Positions 1-9,784 of a DNA stretch of 33,491 bases are shown one piece after another. Each line of letters starts with the position of its first letter. Position 1 is the stretch's first letter. The stretch is taken from contig NC_068981.1 of assembly GCF_001194135.2 (NCBI RefSeq), positions 144,560,160-144,593,650 of the forward strand, read 5' to 3'. Position numbers and translations under genes: made by a program. Source of the DNA: Octopus bimaculoides. Its lineage: Eukaryota. Below the pieces are notes generated by a model, which was given only the letters and a program-made list of their open reading frames with translations, was not told the origin of the DNA and ran no database searches.

Positions 1-167
1 AAAAAGGTTGAAACTGCTCCTAAAGGGCCAATTCCTACCTTGAAAACACAATAAAAAGAAAGTTTGGTGCTTCACACACCTTATATACAAAAATTCCAAC
101 AAAATATGGGCAATAAAAGGTCAAATAAACATTTACCTCTGCAGCCGATGTGACAGCACGTCCTTCT

Positions 168-227
<60 letters not shown>
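168..227 (+). repeat. (GATA)n microsatellite
   Basis: Perfect GATA tandem run seen directly. Confidence 0.98.
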
Positions 228-229
<2 letters not shown>

Positions 230-334
230 CGAACAAAAATACATATACCAATACTTATTTGCAAATCTTAGAATTTGTACATTTATCTCTTTCTCTGTAT
301 ATAAATCAGATTTATTATTAATGTCTTGAAAGAG

Positions 335-630
335 GTGGCGCTTTTGGAGAGGGTGAAGTTAAAACCAGTCTACGAAAACTAACGAGAGAGGAAAAGGATG
401 GCGTAACTTCATTACCACTGGAGAGGCTTAATACAGAGGAATGAATGCAAAGCTACCGAAATATTCATCATCTCTACAGTACCATTTAGAAAATAATTGA
501 GAGTGCAGGTTCCTGGTTGCTCGATCAAGTGGGATCTGCACACAAGAACCCTTCAAAATACCCCTCAACTTAAAAAGAAGCATTCATCATATCATCTACT
601 GGAGCATAAACATATACTCGTAAAGATGTA
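335..630 (+). mobile_element. Degraded RTE-like LINE fragment, N-terminal part of the reverse transcriptase
   Basis: Translation EVKTSLRKLT...LPLE...IHHLYSTI*K and a frameshifted ISLLSITY-like segment resemble the LINE RT motifs EV..AL.KL...K.PG.D.IP.E / L..I W / NYRGISLLS. Contains stops and frameshifts. Confidence 0.55.
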
Positions 631-818
631 AGAAACGGTATCATCATTCAAGGCGGGAGAAATCTTATGTGTCTACGTGGTACGAGGTTTGCGATACAGT
701 CCCACTGCAGAGCACGTTGAAGAAGCGTCCTCTACGATAGTTCTGAGTCGTCGACCAAAGCCTTGTGAGCGGATTTGGCATACGGAAATTAAAAGAAACC
801 CGTCATATATATATATAT

Positions 819-917
819 AAGACTTTCCGTATTCCCGAGCGTCATACTAATATATACTTTTGTTATTTACACCACCTGTCCTCGTCTGTTGTTATTATTT
901 GTATATTCTCCCATATA
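819..917 (+). mobile_element. Fragment of a Penelope-like terminal repeat (same family as 25333-25400 on the minus strand)
   Basis: aagactttccgtattcccgagcgtcatactaat...tacaccacctgtcctcgtctgttg aligns by eye with the reverse complement of 25321-25399 (cagactttctcaatgcccgagcgttatattaat...tacaccacctgtcgtcgtctattg). Confidence 0.75.
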
Positions 918-1329
918 NNNNNNNNNNNNNNNNNNNNNNNNNNNNNNNNNNNNNNNNNNNNNNNNNNNNNNNNNNNNNNNNNNNNNNNNNNNNNNNNNNN
1001 NNNNNNNNNNNNNNNNNNNNNNNNNNNNNNNNNNNNNNNNNNNNNNNNNNNNNNNNNNNNNNNNNNNNNNNNNNNNNNNNNNNNNNNNNNNNNNNNNNNN
1101 NNNNNNNNNNNNNNNNNNNNNNNNNNNNNNNNNNNNNNNNNNNNNNNNNNNNNNNNNNNNNNNNNNNNNNNNNNNNNNNNNNNNNNNNNNNNNNNNNNNN
1201 NNNNNNNNNNNNNNNNNNNNNNNNNNNNNNNNNNNNNNNNNNNNNNNNNNNNNNNNNNNNNNNNNNNNNNNNNNNNNNNNNNNNNNNNNNNNNNNNNNNN
1301 NNNNNNNNNNNNNNNNNNNNNNNNNNNNN
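918..1329. other. Assembly gap (N run)
   Basis: Ns. Confidence 1.
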
Positions 1330-1424
1330 CACATATATATGTATGTATGTATGCATGTATTTATGTGCATATATTGTGTGTGCGTACACACAATTACACA
1401 CACACACACACATACACATGCACG

Positions 1425-1460
<36 letters not shown>

Positions 1461-1764
1461 TATGTATACCCACGCAAATGTGCGTGAGTCGTTGTGTGTG
1501 TATTTGCCTTTGCCCCACTGTTTGACTTGACAGCCCATGTTTAAGTGTTTAATTGCCCATAACTTACCGGTTCAGCAAAAGAGACCGAAATAATACCAGG
1601 CTTTAAAAAGAATGTACTGGGGTCAATTCGTTCGACTAAAATCCAACAGCACGGTGATCAGGATGGCCGTAGCTTAATGACTGAAACGAATGAACGAAAA
1701 CAGATGCCTGCTTAATGTGGGCTGACTTGGGAATAAACAGGAAAAAACAACAGTGACAAGAATA

Positions 1765-1983
1765 CTGGTACACCGTCGGTTACCACGGCGAGTGTTCCAG
1801 TTGAATCGATCAACGGAAATTAACTTTCATGTGACTGAGCATTCTACAGACACGCGTAACTTTAGCGTAGTTCAGCAAATTGGAGCAATGTGAAATAAAT
1901 TATCTTGTTGAAGGACGTAGCGCGCCACTGGGAATCGAGCTCACGATTGGAAGGTCTTGAGTCAAATACCCTAACCACTAAAC
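1765..1983 (-). mobile_element. tRNA-derived SINE: tRNA head + CORE-like segment + tail shared with the SINE at 22732
   Basis: Reverse complement reads tagtggttagggtatttgactc (A box) ...gagctcgattccc (B box), then tccttcaacaagataatttatttcacattgctcc (CORE-like), then gtgtctgtagaatgctcagtcac...gatcgattcaactggaacactcgccgtggtaaccgacgg. Confidence 0.75.
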
Positions 1984-2381
1984 AACACTTTTTCACGACA
2001 AAAGTAGCAGCAACAGCAGCAGTGCTGATGTTTGCACTGCTTATAATGCTAAGCCATATACCCCTTCAGAACTAAATGGATTCGACCGTTGTGACTGAAG
2101 TGTCTTGGTTTCATCAGGTGGTGAGTGACATGGACATGAACGAGCCAAATGTCTCTCAGCAAGATATCTGTTCATTATTGAATCAGCCGTCAAATTTCCC
2201 AGATAAAAATATATTGATCTTAATTAGAGCTGTGTACACAAAGATATTATCGATTTTTTTCTTTCGAGATGAAATATCTGAAAAGCAAAACTCAAACATA
2301 TGAATTCAAATTATAAGCTACTGAGAAGTTTCAGAAAATCAGTGGTTTACAGCAGGATGAAGGTAGTTGGGATTTGGCTAT

Positions 2382-2415
2382 TATCATCATGATCATGATC
2401 ATCATCATCATCATG

Positions 2416-2505
<90 letters not shown>
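2382..2505 (+). repeat. Compound (ATC)n-(ATT)n microsatellite
   Basis: Seen directly. Confidence 0.97.
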
Positions 2506-3660
2506 GAAATCGGCACGCTGGCAGAATCGTTAGCACGGAGGGCGAAATGCTTAGCGGCATTTCGTCTGCCGTTACGTTCTGAGTTCAAATTCCGCCGAGG
2601 TCGACTTTGCCTTTCATCCTTTCGGGGTCGATAAATTAAGTACCAGTTACGCACTGGGGTCGATGTAATCGACTTAATCCGTTCGTCTGTTCTTGTTTGT
2701 TCCCTCTATGTTTAGCCCCTTGTGGGCAATAACGAAATAGGTATTTCGCCCGTTGCTACGTTCTCAGTTTAAATTCTGCAGAGGTCGATGAATTAAATAC
2801 CAGTGAAACACTGGAGTCGATGTAATCGACTAGTCTCCACCACCAAAATTTCAGGACTTGTGCCTCTAGTAGAAATAATAATAATAATTATTATTATTAT
2901 TATTATTAGTGTTATTTTTGTTATTGNNNNNNNNNNGAAATAATAATAATAATAATTATTATTATTATTATTAATGTTATTTTTGTTATTGAAGGCGGTG
3001 AGCTGGCAGAATCGTTAGCACGCCGAACGAAATACATGGCGGTATCTCGTCTACCGCTACGTTCTGAGTTCAAATTCTGCTGGGGTCCACTTTGCCTTTT
3101 ATCCTTTCAGAGTTGTTTAAAAAAGTACCAGTTACGCACTGAAGTCGATGTAATCGATTTAATCCCTTCCCCCAAATTTGAGGCCTTGTGCCTATAGTAG
3201 GAAGGATTATTATTATTATTGAAGGTAGCGAGCAGGCAGAATCGTTATCACGCTGGACGAAATGCTTAGCGGTGTTTCGCTCGTTACTACGATCTGAGTT
3301 CGAATTCCGCCGAAGTCGACTTTGATTTCTTCCTTTTAGGGTCTATAACTTAAGTAGCAGTTACGTACTGGGGTCGATCTAATTGACTGGCCCCTCCCCC
3401 AAAATTTCAGGCCTTTTGCTTAAAGTAGAAAAGATTGTTATTATTGAAGATGGCAAGCTGGCAGAATCGTTAACACGCTGGACGAAATGCTTAGCGATAT
3501 TTCGCCCGACGCTACGTTTTGAGTTCAAATTCCACCGAGGTCGACTTTGCCTTTCATCCTTTACGGGTCGATAAATCAAGTACTAGTTGCGTATTGCGGT
3601 CGATCTAATCGACTAGCCCCTTTCCCCAAAATTTTCAAGGCCTTGCACCTAGAGTAGAAA
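2506..3660 (+). mobile_element. Head-to-tail array of five tRNA-derived SINEs (family A): 2506-2740, 2741-2876 (5'-truncated), 2991-3220, 3221-3445, 3446-3660
   Basis: Each copy has ctggcagaatcgtta(g)cacgc (A-box-like), gagttcaaattcc (B box) and gtcgactttgcctttcatcctttcggggtcgat. Four of the five end in ggccttgtgcct..agtagaaa plus an (ATT)/(AAT) tail; the first copy has a variant 3' end. Confidence 0.92.
2927..2936. other. 10-N assembly gap with duplicated flanks
   Basis: 2872-2926 and 2937-2991 are near-identical. Confidence 0.95.
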
Positions 3661-3707
3661 TAATAATAATAATAATAATAATGATTATTATTATTGTTAT
3701 AATTATT

Positions 3708-4258
3708 AGTGAGTGAGAGATAAGTGTACGACGTCAAAGTGACACTGGGGTAAAATATACGAAGTCCAGCATATTACCTGTCTGATAAGGGTACACCTGG
3801 CACATGCCTCACAGCCATATGTGCATGACATGGTGATCTCATATCAAGATAAACAGCGCATGACGTGACAAGTGAGGCCCAGTAAGAAGTTTTTCTATGT
3901 CAAGTAGCCCATCCCGCTCAAATATCCTTGAATAAGGGTTGTTTAAGAATGTTGAATGAAACACCCACGTTTCCAGAGGTGAATTATTGAAACGCCAAAG
4001 AATTCCTCTCAACACATGGCTATGATGCTATGCTCTCCCATTACTTCTGCTCGTGATCAGAAATGCACATATTATCAGCCACCAAAGGATATGTTCAACT
4101 GGTTACGGTCAAACAACTGACAAGCAAATCTGGGGTATTGTGCAGAATATTTGCTGTAGCCTATCTTTTATACCAAGACAAAACAATATGCATGATAACA
4201 CTTCCAATCAGTTAAGATCAGAACCCATGAGAACCAATACCTGGTACTGCATCAAGGC

Positions 4259-4261
<3 letters not shown>
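3708..4261. repeat. Unclassified ~550-bp interspersed element (family B), both ends in (ATT)n
   Basis: A second copy at 29466-29890 shares long tracts, e.g. gacatggtgatctcatatcaagataaacagcgca, gaataagggttgttta, ggtcaaacaactgacaagc. No ORF and no recognisable tRNA head. Confidence 0.9.
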
Positions 4262-4342
<81 letters not shown>

Positions 4343-4352
4343 TACTATTATT
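4259..4352 (+). repeat. (ATT)n microsatellite
   Basis: Seen directly. Confidence 0.98.
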
Positions 4353-4450
4353 ATGGCGAAGAGCTCACCGGAAAAATACTTTGCTACATTTCGTATGTCA
4401 TTAAGTTTTGAGCTCAAATCCTGCGGAATCGACTTTGTGTTTCGTCCTTT
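4353..4450 (+). mobile_element. Degenerate family A SINE fragment
   Basis: gagctcaaatcctgcggaatcgactttgtgtttcgtcctttc resembles gagttcaaattccgccgaggtcgactttgcctttcatcctttc. Confidence 0.7.
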
Positions 4451-5318
4451 CTTTGAGTTCACGCTTCTCAGCCAGTCTTGATATCCTTTTGTCTATTTCC
4501 ACTCTGCCCATATTTATCAAGTATTGGCCAGGTATGATCTTTTCTTGCTATCGATTTATTATAGCATTCTGTCGCGTCAATTTAGATTAGATTTTAGATG
4601 TTGCAAAATTTCTCTTAGTTTTCCTTTTTCTTCTATTATTTTGGCCTCTGTTTTGTATTTGTCGACTTATTTGTTTTGTTCGTGATACGTAGCTGTTTTT
4701 ATTTCATGATTCTCCTCAAGATATTTTTGTAGCTCTGCGGTATATATTTTGTGATAATCTTCATATTCGATAAGGCCACTATCGCCTTGAGTTCATGGTA
4801 AACAATAATTCTATACCAAATTGTTAGAGATTCAAAATGCAGCCAATATTTCTTTGCTTTTTTACCTAGTCTTACTAGATCGCTTAGTGTTCACTTGAGA
4901 ATGTTAAAACTGTAACTTAATTGTGGGACAAGAGGTAAAGTATTAATGCTTATTAGATTTTGTTTTTGCATTTAGTTTTAGGTAGTAATCTGATGTACTA
5001 ACTAAATTCCTTCCTAATCTTTTCTTTCATTCGTGTATGATGAACACTATCTCGATAATTGATTCCTAAATATTTGTATATGTGTCATTAGTCTAATATT
5101 CTTATCTCCGTTTCTTTATCTGCTATGTTATCTCTCTCCTTAATTAATTTTCCTCTCTTCACGGTCGCTTTGGAACATCTATCAGTTAACGCTCATACGG
5201 ATTTATGCGGCGAATCTGTGTATTGTCTATTGTATTGCTTATAGTTGCTTATCATTTGCAGCATACAACTTGAGATCATCCGTTTACAAAAGATAGTTTA
5301 TTGTATAATAATAATAAC

Positions 5319-5360
<42 letters not shown>

Positions 5361-5363
<3 letters not shown>

Positions 5364-5669
5364 CGGGCTGATTACTACCTAGCTCAGATACCAGGAAACC
5401 CCAAAATGGCTGAAGTTCAAAAGATAGTGCTCATGGGAACTGCCCATTTCCTACGTAAAATACTGTCTATGTGATCTCCAATTTTAAAACAAACACATAA
5501 TTTTCTTAAACATTCTCTAGAACAACACTATGTACAAATCCAAGTATATGGTACCCTAGGCATAACACCTACATGAACTTCTAACTTGTTGTCTCTTGAG
5601 CTCTCTGGGTGAGACTTGGATCCAACTTGTACAAATGCAAAACAAAAGTCAAACATAAAATAATAATAA
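5361..5669 (+). mobile_element. 5'-truncated R4/Dong-clade non-LTR retrotransposon (ORF C-terminus plus 3' UTR) inside a (TAA)n array
   Basis: 5361-5474 translates open as KRADYYLAQIPGNPKMAEVQKIVLMGTAHFLRKILSM*, matching the R4-clade terminal motif (QIPG...QK..LLGTA.ILR..L). (TAA)n lies at 5305-5362 and 5659-5669. Confidence 0.85.
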
Positions 5670-5943
5670 NNNNNNNNNNNNNNNNNNNNNNNNNNNNNNN
5701 NNNNNNNNNNNNNNNNNNNNNNNNNNNNNNNNNNNNNNNNNNNNNNNNNNNNNNNNNNNNNNNNNNNNNNNNNNNNNNNNNNNNNNNNNNNNNNNNNNNN
5801 NNNNNNNNNNNNNNNNNNNNNNNNNNNNNNNNNNNNNNNNNNNNNNNNNNNNNNNNNNNNNNNNNNNNNNNNNNNNNNNNNNNNNNNNNNNNNNNNNNNN
5901 NNNNNNNNNNNNNNNNNNNNNNNNNNNNNNNNNNNNNNNNNNN
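5670..5943. other. Assembly gap
   Basis: Ns. Confidence 1.
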
Positions 5944-5968
5944 AACGCAGAACGTACCAGTAGACAAA

Positions 5969-6141
5969 AGAAGAAGAAGAAGAAGAAGAAGAAGAAGAAG
6001 AAGAAGAAGAAGAAGAAGAAGAAGAAGAAGAAGAAGAAGAAGAAGGAGGAGGAGGAGGAGGAGGAGGAGAAGGAGAAGGAGGAGGCGGAGGAGGAGGAGG
6101 AGAAGAAGAAGATAAAGAAGAAGAAGAAGAAGAAGAAGAAG
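5969..6141 (+). repeat. Compound (GAA)n-(GGA)n-(GAA)n polypurine tract
   Basis: Seen directly. Confidence 0.97.
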
Positions 6142-6500
6142 GATCTCGAAATTGAAGTATTCAAGTTGTTGGGCATGAAAATGAAATCAATATCAGTAAT
6201 AACTGGAGCATTGGTTATGAAAAAAACATGCAGAAAGCATCAAAGCTATAACTGGACCGAAATCACTACACGCTATCGAAGGGTTAACCTGCTGGGAACA
6301 GCCCATATCCTACGCAAGACACTATCAGTTCGATAATTCAACAAGACACATTCTATAGAGCAAATACCCAATAAAATAATTAACAACCATATGTACTCAG
6401 CAGGCCAAATGCCCTACAGCGGAACACATTTCGCATTAAAAACACAACACACAATAAAAGCACTAATATAACAAAAGACTGCAACTAAACATAACAAAAC
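6142..6500 (+). mobile_element. 5'-truncated R4/Dong-like retrotransposon 3' end, degraded; 3' boundary approximate
   Basis: DLEIEVFKLLGMKMKSISVITGAL, then with two frameshifts VNLLGTAHILRKTLSVR* (stop 6334-6336). Confidence 0.85.
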
Positions 6501-6571
6501 ACTGATGCAATACAATACCTGGAGAAGTTTGCATTCCACCACCAACAGAAAAGAACGCACACGGAGGTGTT

Positions 6572-6960
6572 GCCTAATGCATGTATTATTATGTGGATTG
6601 TTTCTGCCATCAAGCCCCACATTTGAGTTACTTCTATTTCTAGATCTTTATATCTCACCGTTTTCTTAAAAGATACATTGTCATCTGCTGGAACTGATAT
6701 GTTGTTTAGAAATCACTTTCTTCTTGGTGGTCGCTGACAATATCTGACATATTAGTCTTGATCTCTCTATCTGTCTGTATTGGCATATCCAAGGGTATAG
6801 GTCCTTTGTTACTTTCTGAGACATTTTGTAGGGTATTTTTATACCATCTTTTTCTTGTTCTCATTCAGTAGTGCTGGCACAGTTTCTAGTGTATATAAGG
6901 CCCAACTCTGTCATGTCTGTAGATGTATTCCTTCTTTGCCAGGACTGAGCTAACAGAGAC
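6572..6960 (-). mobile_element. R4/Dong-like retrotransposon fragment: end of the zinc-knuckle region plus RLE domain
   Basis: Minus-strand translation SVLAKKEYIYRHDRVGPYIH*KLCQHY*...WY...LDMPIQTDREIKTNMSDIV...ISVPADDNVSFKKTVRYKDLEIEVTQMWGL..ETI.IIIHALG matches R4-clade RHD/RHN, WDxxIQTD...ANxPDIV, DVSxP and KYxxL motifs. Confidence 0.9.
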
Positions 6961-7203
6961 AATCCTATTTATTTATTTATTGTTATTACAACAATCGCTA
7001 ATATTACTACTATTGTTATTATTACTACAACCCACTCCACAGCCATCATCGCTATTTCAGTAGCTATTTTTTATTGCCTGTTACTCTGCACAGTCGATTG
7101 TAGCTGTGAATTTATATATGTACTGTTGGAAGCACATTATATATGATATATTTGCACTGTACGTTATGTGTGCGTATATATTCACGACCATCCTTTTTGC
7201 TGC

Positions 7204-7246
<43 letters not shown>

Positions 7247-7283
7247 GTGCGTGTGTGTGTGTGTATATATATATATATGTGTG
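7204..7283 (+). repeat. (TA)n/(TG)n compound microsatellite
   Basis: Seen directly. Confidence 0.95.
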
Positions 7284-8043
7284 NNNNNNNNNNNNNNNNN
7301 NNNNNNNNNNNNNNNNNNNNNNNNNNNNNNNNNNNNNNNNNNNNNNNNNNNNNNNNNNNNNNNNNNNNNNNNNNNNNNNNNNNNNNNNNNNNNNNNNNNN
7401 NNNNNNNNNNNNNNNNNNNNNNNNNNNNNNNNNNNNNNNNNNNNNNNNNNNNNNNNNNNNNNNNNNNNNNNNNNNNNNNNNNNNNNNNNNNNNNNNNNNN
7501 NNNNNNNNNNNNNNNNNNNNNNNNNNNNNNNNNNNNNNNNNNNNNNNNNNNNNNNNNNNNNNNNNNNNNNNNNNNNNNNNNNNNNNNNNNNNNNNNNNNN
7601 NNNNNNNNNNNNNNNNNNNNNNNNNNNNNNNNNNNNNNNNNNNNNNNNNNNNNNNNNNNNNNNNNNNNNNNNNNNNNNNNNNNNNNNNNNNNNNNNNNNN
7701 NNNNNNNNNNNNNNNNNNNNNNNNNNNNNNNNNNNNNNNNNNNNNNNNNNNNNNNNNNNNNNNNNNNNNNNNNNNNNNNNNNNNNNNNNNNNNNNNNNNN
7801 NNNNNNNNNNNNNNNNNNNNNNNNNNNNNNNNNNNNNNNNNNNNNNNNNNNNNNNNNNNNNNNNNNNNNNNNNNNNNNNNNNNNNNNNNNNNNNNNNNNN
7901 NNNNNNNNNNNNNNNNNNNNNNNNNNNNNNNNNNNNNNNNNNNNNNNNNNNNNNNNNNNNNNNNNNNNNNNNNNNNNNNNNNNNNNNNNNNNNNNNNNNN
8001 NNNNNNNNNNNNNNNNNNNNNNNNNNNNNNNNNNNNNNNNNNN
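7284..8043. other. Assembly gap
   Basis: Ns. Confidence 1.
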
Positions 8044-8060
8044 CACAAACATACGCAAAA

Positions 8061-8200
8061 GGATTCCCCTATTTCATTCAGACATTTATTGTCGTCCATG
8101 GCAATTGATACATCGATAAGGAGATATTTCTTTTCCTGTTGGTCTTTGGCAATAACATATTGACCATTTGCCCTAAAGTTGCCTGCGTAAATCGCCATGT
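8061..8200 (-). mobile_element. R4/Dong-like RLE domain fragment
   Basis: NMAIYAGNFRANGQYVIAKDQQEKKYLLIDVSIAMDDNKCLNEIGE resembles DMPI.TDREIKANRPDIVVKD.EEKKCLLIDVSIP.DDN.SLKE.EK. Confidence 0.75.
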
Positions 8201-8519
8201 TCTCAATCATCACCATCACTACTAACATCATAACATATTATTGCCATTTTATCATTCTCGTTTATCATTCTATCATTCGCTCTGACCTTGCTATGGTACA
8301 TACTTATACCAACTCTTATCTCTGTTACATTATATACTTGTCACTGTCTATGTGCGCACTTGCTAGTGTGTGTATTTTATATGTATATGTGTCAGTGATT
8401 GTGGTACATATATATGCGTATATTTATGTGTATATATAATATATAAATATATATATATATATATAGTGTGTGTGTGTGTGTTGTGCATGTCTATATGCTA
8501 TGCATTGTATATGTACATC

Positions 8520-8680
8520 CTGGATATGACTTCAAACTGCATCTGGTAATGGGTCTGTGGTTCGTGAGTTCCAAAGTTATGAGAAGAGTGGAACCATCTC
8601 TTAGTCACTATTGTTCTCAATTCTACTCTGATCTGGAATAGTTAAACTTGTCAAGTTCCCTATTATAGGTTACCTAGATT
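8520..8680. repeat. Degenerate interspersed repeat, family not assigned
   Basis: cctggatatgacttcaaactgcatctggtaatgg...ttctactctgatctggaatagtt resembles a repeat I recall from octopus sequence. Single copy in this window, so it cannot be verified internally. Confidence 0.35.
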
Positions 8681-9394
8681 ATCTGATGACAATCCCTCCG
8701 AGAACGAGGACTTAGAAATACCCTTGGTTAGTGTCAGAGAGCTCAGTAAAAACACTGTTGTCACTACATCAGTGGAAGACAGGGACTCAAGGATGTAAAA
8801 CCAGTAGTTTCATGTGATTACTGGTCATCGCATTTCGGTCTATCACTAGATTCTTATCACGGTGACTCAGAGAGTCATACTCGAGTTGTACAGTTGTTTA
8901 TCACTGTAACCAAACGATGCACAGATGTTTCCTTATGGTGACCTCATTTATCATTTCATCTACTGAAAATCCTATGGCAATAGAAGAGAGGCAACATGTG
9001 CAGGCCTAACCAGTTGGAAGTAGGTCACAACTTTCGTTGTCACAACTATGCAGAACAGAAACGGTGCTGAACAGCTATCTGAGAGAACGCATGGATGGAA
9101 GTCAAAAATGCTATTAACCACTGGAAAACACAAGTAGTGTCAGTCATCTGTGAAGATGGAGCAATCACCGTGTATGATCTCCTTCTTTTCTTAATTCAGA
9201 ATAAATTTTGACCGATCATCTACATGGTAGCAAGGTCGTGAAGAAAGCATCATGTCTACACACCATTCTTTAAATATTAAGAAGGCCCTATGGATTTTTA
9301 AAGTCTCAAATATCGTGTTCGTTTGTATCGTATGAATTAAGGAATTGCATTCTCACCCCAATATCACATGTTCAACGGTACTTTGCTCCATACG

Positions 9395-9660
9395 GGTTGG
9401 TATGTAGTCTGTTGCTCTAATAATAAAATAGATGTGAAGCTAAAAGTGTATCTTGGGTACAGAATTTTCCAAAATCCTCATCAATGGTCCACAAATATCG
9501 TCTTTCCCTTGTATTTTTCTGTTTTCTGACCACATTGGTGTCCAGAGAGCAGCTGATTTCCACAACAAAACATTCGTATTTCCTTGCATGCGTGTGTTTT
9601 AAGTTGGTAGCTGTTTTGAGTTCCACCGCTATTTTTGTTACCTCTCGGTCTTAATATGGT
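9395..9660 (-). mobile_element. RLE-domain remnant of a second, different RLE-type non-LTR family
   Basis: KTATNLKH...ECFVVEISCSLDTNVVRKQ, then frameshifted LYPRYTFSFT.I..IIRATDYIP, resembles K.KHNKPD...C..VEISCP.D.N...K / LYP.Y.F...PIIIGA.G.IP. Confidence 0.6.
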
Positions 9661-9784
9661 CAACTTCGTCAGTAGGTATTTTCTACAGAAAGTGACACAC
9701 AATGGAACTGAAACCAAAACGATGGCTGTGTTTATATACAGACACAGCCATGCCTGCGTCTATATATATAGAAAGAGTCGCAAG

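Larger units (their letters stand above)
676..1735 (+). mobile_element. tRNA-derived SINE (family D) with an internal microsatellite; interrupted by a Penelope-like fragment and an N gap
   Basis: 676-804 matches the head and body, and ~1495-1735 the tail, of the better preserved minus-strand copy at 12006-12413 (e.g. gaccaaagccttgtgagcggatttggc; ggttcagcaaaagagaccga). (TA)n/(CA)n lies between the two parts. Joining across the gap is inferred. Confidence 0.7.

Noticed and set aside
2076-2303. 75-aa ORF or exon with a gtgagt donor
   Set aside because: All three frames from the nearest acceptor hit stops, and no family similarity was seen.
2506-3660. Repeat-spacer appearance resembling a CRISPR or other regular array
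   Set aside because: The units are ~220-bp diverged SINEs with Pol III boxes, the spacers are microsatellites, the context is eukaryotic and there are no cas genes.
2331-4590. ORFs such as MRNWYLIYRPRKDERQSRPRRNLNS and the poly-Ile ORFs
   Set aside because: Chance translations of family A SINEs and (ATT)n; the same peptides recur wherever the SINE occurs.
6142-6960. Twin-priming inversion of a single R4 element
   Set aside because: The plus and minus fragments overlap in the DLEIEV..GAL region with clearly different nucleotide sequence, and the inverted piece is on the 3' side; these are two independent copies.
765-8231. Long ORFs of 128-349 aa in the ORF track around 765-1538, 5581-6176 and 7081-8231
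   Set aside because: They are open only because they run through N gaps and microsatellites.
9630-9675. Fifth hammerhead (minus strand CTGACGA...GACC GAGA)
   Set aside because: Stem II is poor, GAAA is mutated, there is no stem III palindrome, and it lies at the edge of an RLE coding remnant.
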